32,000 nt of DNA from Deinococcus radiodurans R1 = ATCC 13939 = DSM 20539 (GTDB lineage Bacteria; Deinococcota; Deinococci; Deinococcales; Deinococcaceae), in contig NC_001263.1 in assembly GCF_000008565.1 (NCBI RefSeq), forward strand, positions 1,027,360-1,059,359, in the 5' to 3' direction. Below, piece by piece: positions 24,125 to 32,000 of this stretch. Within the stretch, counting starts at the first letter, position 1, and every line of letters begins with the position of its first letter. The position numbers and the translations under genes are program-made. The notes beneath the pieces are model-generated. The model was not told where the DNA came from. It saw only the letters and a program-made list of their open reading frames with translations, and did not search any database.

Positions 24125-24141
24125 TTTCGCTCAGAACGTAA
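24125..24141. promoter_or_regulatory. RDRM-like 17-bp palindrome (candidate DdrO operator) at the mutS promoter
   Basis: TTTCGCTCAGAACGTAA: 6 of 8 arm positions are self-complementary. The TT/AA ends, G5/C13, and an ACGTAA right half match the radiation/desiccation response motif as I recall it. It ends 25 nt before the mutS ATG, just upstream of a TATCTT -10-like hexamer (24152..24157). Confidence 0.4.
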
Positions 24142-24165
24142 AGACCTGCGCTATCTTGTCCCTCT

Positions 24166-26702
<2,537 letters not shown>

Positions 26703-26716
<14 letters not shown>

Positions 26717-27140
26717 AGTTCTGCCCGGTGAGATAGTTCTGGCCGAGCGCGGCGGCTGGCAGGTGGTCGCAGATTCGGAAACGGTCTACGTCCTCAACCT
26801 CTCCGGCACCCGCTGGGACATCGGCTGGCTGTACGGGAACCCGTGCGGGGCGCTGGTGACCGCCGACGAGAATTACGTCGTCGTCGTGGGCTGCGGCGTG
26901 CTGGTGGCCGACCTGACCTGCTTTGGCGAGGAAGTCGCGCCCGGTGAAACCTGGGCACAGACCCCGGCGGTGCATCTGCTGGCGAGTCCCGGTGAACACT
27001 GGTTTTTCGAGGGCGTGTACGAGGGCAGTTCACCCGGCGCGGTGCAGGTGGTGGCTGACCTGGGGGGCGAGCACGCCGGGGTCTACGAACTGGTGCTGAG
27101 CACGCTGGCGCTGGTGCCGAGGTGGCGGGAGCGCTGGTAA
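26703..27140 (+). CDS. Hypothetical protein (145 aa), overlaps the mutS 3' end by 14 nt
   Basis: ATG 26703 lies within track ORF 26379..27140: MNPGKVLPGEIVLAERGGWQVVADSETVYVLNLSGTRWDIGWLYGNPCGALVTADENYVVVVGCG... Beta-strand-like composition, good G/C3 bias, no recognisable family. Confidence 0.6.
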
Positions 27141-27185
27141 GCGGGGATGCACTCCTGGCGGGCGCGGGTCTGTCATTCTGTTGAC

Positions 27186-28193
27186 ATGCCCTCACGTCTG
27201 CTGCTGTCCGCATGTGCCGCTCTGGCGCTGAGCAGTTGTGCGCCCCGTCTTCAGCCGTCGTTCGACCCCGCCGTTCAGCCCCGCGCCGACGACCTCGGGC
27301 CGCACGGCGACCTGATGGAGTGGTGGTATCTCAGTGGTTATCTGCCTGCCCAGAAACTCGCCTTCCACTGGGCACAGTTCAAGGTGTCGCCACCCAATTT
27401 TCCCACGGACGTGTTTTTCTCGCATGTGGCCGTCACCGACCTGACGACCGGCAAAGTGACCTTTCTGGAACAGAACGAGTCGCCGCAACTCGGCACCGGC
27501 AAGGCGAGTTATCCGCCGCTGAAGCTGCGCGACGGCGACTGGACCTTCGAGCAGACGGTGAGTGGGCCCCGGGGCGAATTCAAGCTCGACGCCGGACCTT
27601 TGCGCCTCACCCTGCTGCCCCAGAAGCCGCCGGTCATTCACCCGCCCGGCTACAGCGGCGTGCCGGAACTGACCGGCGCGATGTACTACCAGAGCATTAC
27701 CCGGCTGGGGATGCAGGGAACTGTTGCCGGCAAAGACGTGACGGGCGGCGTGGCCTGGCTCGACCACCAGTGGGGCGGCATGTCCGCCGGGACGCAGGCC
27801 CGCTGGGACTGGCTGAGCGCCCACATGGACGGCGGCGAAGACCTGATGCTCTACCGGGTGCTGCTGCCGGACGGCAAGGTCGTGCAGACCTTCGGCACCA
27901 TCACCGACCAAGCAGGTCAGGTCCGCGCCGCGACCAATGTGGTGATGGAACCGGGCCGCGTCTGGAAAAGCGCGACGGGCCGCGACTACGTGCTGGACTG
28001 GCACGTGCGCGCGGGCGAGTTCGACCTGAACGTGGAGGCCGCCCACGACGACCAGGAACTCGTGAGCAAGGGCACCCGCATCGTCTACTGGGAAGGCCCG
28101 GTCGAGCTGTCGGGCACCTGGCGCGGGCAACCCGGCCAGGGCAGCGGCATGATGGAACTGGTTGCTGGCAGTCTCGACTCTAGAAGGCGCTGA
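27186..28193 (+). CDS. Lipoprotein with AttH/CrtC-like (hydroxyneurosporene-synthase-type lipocalin) domain
   Basis: Start reassigned to ATG 27186 (MPSRLLLSACAALALSSC lipobox). MEWWYLSGYL...FFSHVAVTDL and the later VAWLDHQWGG resemble the AttH/CrtC N-terminal domain as I recall it. The functional call is tentative. Confidence 0.6.
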   Translation: MPSRLLLSACAALALSSCAPRLQPSFDPAVQPRADDLGPHGDLMEWWYLSGYLPAQKLAFHWAQFKVSPPNFPTDVFFSHVAVTDLTTGKVTFLEQNESPQLGTGKASYPPLKLRDGDWTFEQTVSGPRGEFKLDAGPLRLTLLPQKPPVIHPPGYSGVPELTGAMYYQSITRLGMQGTVAGKDVTGGVAWLDHQWGGMSAGTQARWDWLSAHMDGGEDLMLYRVLLPDGKVVQTFGTITDQAGQVRAATNVVMEPGRVWKSATGRDYVLDWHVRAGEFDLNVEAAHDDQELVSKGTRIVYWEGPVELSGTWRGQPGQGSGMMELVAGSLDSRRR

Positions 28194-28278
28194 GCAGTGG
28201 GTGAGGCGCTGTCGGCCTCCTGGTTTGGCTGACAGCCGTTTCCTACCCGAAAGAACAAAGGCCCTGCACCTGCCCCGC

Positions 28279-28336
28279 TTGCCATTTGCCTCCTGAAACC
28301 TATACTTTGTTCGACAAGCCTTGCAATACAAGCCTT
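28279..28336 (+). promoter_or_regulatory. Promoter of the padR cluster plus two 9-bp direct repeats
   Basis: TTGCCA (28279..28284), 16-nt spacer, TATACT (28301..28306). ACAAGCCTT occurs at 28314..28322 and again at 28328..28336 (14-bp period), between the -10 and the AGGAGG RBS (28337..28342). Confidence 0.5.
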
Positions 28337-28348
28337 AGGAGGCAAGAC

Positions 28349-28681
28349 ATGACCCCCCTCAAATCTGGCACGGTGGACCTCGTGATTCTGGCGGCGGTGG
28401 GCGAGCAGCCGCGCTACGGCCTGGAGCTGGTGCAGCACATCAATGCCCGCAGCGGCGGCCTCTTCGAGCTGTCGGAAGGCAGCCTGTACCCGGCGCTGCT
28501 GCGACTGAGCAAGGCCGACTGGATTGTGGGCGACTGGCAGCCCACCCCCGGCGGTGGCAGCCCGCGCAAGGTCTACACCCTGACCGATTCGGGCGCGAAG
28601 GAGCTGGAGCGGCGCAAGGGCGAGTGGTCGCGGCTGCAAAGTGCCGTCAACGCGCTGCTGTGGCGGGGAGCGCCCGCATGA
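28349..28681 (+). CDS. PadR-family transcriptional regulator
   Basis: Start reassigned to ATG 28349 behind AGGAGG. Winged-helix PadR signature PRYGLELVQHINARSGGLFELSEGSLYPALLRLSKADWI...RKVYTLTDSGAKEL. Confidence 0.9.
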   Translation: MTPLKSGTVDLVILAAVGEQPRYGLELVQHINARSGGLFELSEGSLYPALLRLSKADWIVGDWQPTPGGGSPRKVYTLTDSGAKELERRKGEWSRLQSAVNALLWRGAPA

Positions 28682-28998
28682 GCCGGGTGCTGTCGGGCTA
28701 CATCCACCGCGCCACGCTGGGCCTGCGGGGGGGCGAGCGCCGCGAAGTCGCCGCCGAGCTGCGGACGCACCTGCTCGACCGGGTGCGGCAACTGGAGGCC
28801 GAGGGCTTCGAGCGCGAGGAAGCCGAGCACCTGGCCGTCAAGGCGATGGGCAACGTGAAAGTCACCAACTCGGAGCTGCTGGGCCACTTTTTCACCACGC
28901 CGCTCGGCTGGGGCGTACTGGCGGCTCTGGTCCTTGGTGGGGGAGGGTTCCTGCTGTGGCGCACGGTGCCTTTGCCGCTGCTGGGGCAGCTTCGGTGA
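28678..28998 (+). CDS. PadR-associated membrane protein (DUF1700/HAAS-like N-domain + one TM helix)
   Basis: ATG 28678 overlaps the padR stop (ATGA): MSRVLSGYIHRATLGLRGGERREVAAELRTHLLDRVRQLEAEGFEREEAEHLAVKAMGN... followed by TM LGWGVLAALVLGGGGFLLW. This domain typically follows padR genes. Confidence 0.7.
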   Translation: MSRVLSGYIHRATLGLRGGERREVAAELRTHLLDRVRQLEAEGFEREEAEHLAVKAMGNVKVTNSELLGHFFTTPLGWGVLAALVLGGGGFLLWRTVPLPLLGQLR

Positions 28999-29714
28999 AG
29001 TGGGAAAAGAAACTGACCGCCGACGACCTGTCCTTCCTGATGTCGGAGGAGTCCGCGCCCCGAGCGACGTATCAGGTCGCCACCCTCAGCATTCCGGCGG
29101 CGACCGGGTGGCTTTATCTGGCGCTGGTGCCGAGGGTAGGCGGTGGCGGCGGGCAACTCATTGCTGAGCCGCTCGCCGCCTCACCCTATGCGGAGAAGAC
29201 GCTGCCCAACGAAATGCTGCGCTCGCGCCTGCTGCTCAGCGGCAAACTGTGGGAAGACCGCGTTTGTCCGCCGCTGAAGGGGCAAAAGCAGCTTCAGGTC
29301 TACGCGGCGCTGCGGCCCCTGACCAAAACCCAGTTGCCGAGGCTGCAAACCGGAGGCCCTAACACCTGCACCGGCATCACCTTTCCCGACAGCGACAAGT
29401 TCAAGGGCTGGTCTGAAAGCTGGAAGCCGCAGACCACTCCCCGGCAGGCGCTGAAACTCAACGAATGGACGGTTCTGGCCGCCTACAACGTTGAAATTCT
29501 CAAGTCCATTGACGGTGGCTCAAGGTCCAGCGGGGAACTGAACCATCCGCACGATTATCTGTTCGCCGTGATGCCCGCCGACCATATGCTGCAAAAACTT
29601 GTCAAAGGCGCGCCGAGGGACCTCCCCAAATACGGCGTAGTCACCATGCTGGACGGCAACGACTGGGCGACCTCGGCTGATGGCTTGCCCCGTCCCACCT
29701 TGCAGCGGCCCTGA
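28995..29714 (+). CDS. Hypothetical protein (239 aa), either GTGA-coupled to the preceding gene or its frameshifted continuation
   Basis: GTG 28995 overlaps the upstream TGA: VKWEKKLTADDLSFLMSEESAPRATYQVATLSIPAATGWLYLALVPR... No recognisable family. G/C3 bias is moderate. Confidence 0.55.
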   Translation: MKWEKKLTADDLSFLMSEESAPRATYQVATLSIPAATGWLYLALVPRVGGGGGQLIAEPLAASPYAEKTLPNEMLRSRLLLSGKLWEDRVCPPLKGQKQLQVYAALRPLTKTQLPRLQTGGPNTCTGITFPDSDKFKGWSESWKPQTTPRQALKLNEWTVLAAYNVEILKSIDGGSRSSGELNHPHDYLFAVMPADHMLQKLVKGAPRDLPKYGVVTMLDGNDWATSADGLPRPTLQRP

Positions 29715-29774
29715 GGGCACGGTGTCCTTCTTTCGGTGGATGCCCCGCTCACCCCGGCGTGTCAGGTTCCTCCT

Positions 29775-30469
29775 ATGCAACAACTCGCTCTGGCGGCCCT
29801 GCTGACCCTCGCTTCTGCCCAGGCGGGCGCGGCGGCCTCACCTGCGCCGCAGCCGGTGCTGGTGGAGTTCGGCGGCCTGCTGTGGGTGCAGTCGGCGGAC
29901 GGCCTGCCCCACCTCAAAAACGGGCAGATTGTCGCGCCGCTGCTGGCGCTGTGCAACCTGTTCGGGGCCAAATGCACGCCGGATTGGGTGGGGGAACCGT
30001 ACAGGTTCAGCAAAAGGGGCAGCCTGTTTCCACCGTCCCCATCGCTGAAACTGGGCAGCGGGGCGCCACAAAACTCGCCTTCGTCAACCTGAAAGCCCTG
30101 TCCGGCCCGCTGGGGTATGCCGTCACCTGGCTCCCCGACGCGCGCCGCGCGGATGTGGAACGGGTGCGGAAAATTCCGGGTGGACTGTCACAGACACAGG
30201 GCGAACTGGCGGGCCTTAAGCTAAAGCCGACGCGCCTGAATGCCTCCGCAGAAGTACGGTTTCAACCTCTGAAGAACGAACCAGCATTTGAGGAGCTGTT
30301 TCTCTCGTCACCAGCGCGAGAATTGGTGCGTATCTGGCCGTTTTTTCCACGCGGCCGTATGAGTGCAGCGTCTTGCGAGAGCAGTCCGCGCATTTGCCAA
30401 ATCAGCTATGACAAGACCTATCTCTGGACGCTGGGTTATGTGGAACTGAAAGAGTCGGCCTGGCAATAA
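29775..30469 (+). pseudogene. Secreted protein with copper-amine-oxidase-N-terminal-like (stalk) repeats, 1-nt frameshift in an A4G4 run near 30012..30019
   Basis: Signal peptide MQQLALAALLTLASAQA and a first repeat (LKNGQIVAPLLALCNLFGAKCTPDW) lie in ORF 29736..30092. A second repeat (GATKLAFVNLKALSGPLGYAVTWLPDARRADVE) and the rest lie in ORF 29759..30469. The frames join at agcaaaagggg. Confidence 0.6.

Positions 30470-32000
<1,531 letters not shown>

Overview
High-GC (about two-thirds G+C by eye), densely coding bacterial chromosome with no rRNA, tRNA, CRISPR array or IS element that I could recognise. The protein set is DinB/YfiT, Nudix, MazG, MutS, ClpB and many lineage-specific hypotheticals. 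This, the many start codons sitting 6-8 nt after a -10-like hexamer, and HspR/DdrO-type operator candidates point to Deinococcus. From memory only, the gene order resembles Deinococcus radiodurans R1 chromosome I around the 159-aa Nudix gene, mutS1 and clpB; I could not verify this.

Gene content, left to right:
- partial secreted protein (-), mnmE, a 54-aa ORF (-), TrmH-family methyltransferase, a 398-aa helical orphan
- glpD, ftsH (-), a DUF4384-like lipoprotein
- an apparent operon of unknown-domain+MazG fusion / DinB-YfiT / Nudix
- GlcD-like FAD oxidase (-)
- amino-acid ABC binding protein and permease, XRE-cupin regulator, aminotransferase, FMN hydroxy-acid dehydrogenase
- ZIP transporter, a lipoprotein
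- livFGMHK-type operon (-)
- mutS, a 145-aa overlapping ORF, an AttH/CrtC-like lipoprotein
- PadR / HAAS-like / unknown / secreted-protein cluster
- clpB, which runs off the right edge and is therefore missing from the ORF track

Main observations:
1. Six clear single-base frameshifts, and a possible seventh, interrupt recognisable genes, including two in mutS. All are in the same direction: each needs one base added.
2. Candidate operators: an RDRM-like palindrome at the mutS promoter, a HAIR-like site over the clpB promoter, a 16-bp-arm palindrome upstream of glpD, and a TGCAA motif array in a divergent promoter region.
3. A tightly coupled MazG-fusion/DinB/Nudix operon.
4. A ~200-bp AT-rich island with a small leaderless ORF.

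The long ORFs antisense to conserved genes are GC-driven artefacts. All coordinates were derived by hand from the sequence.
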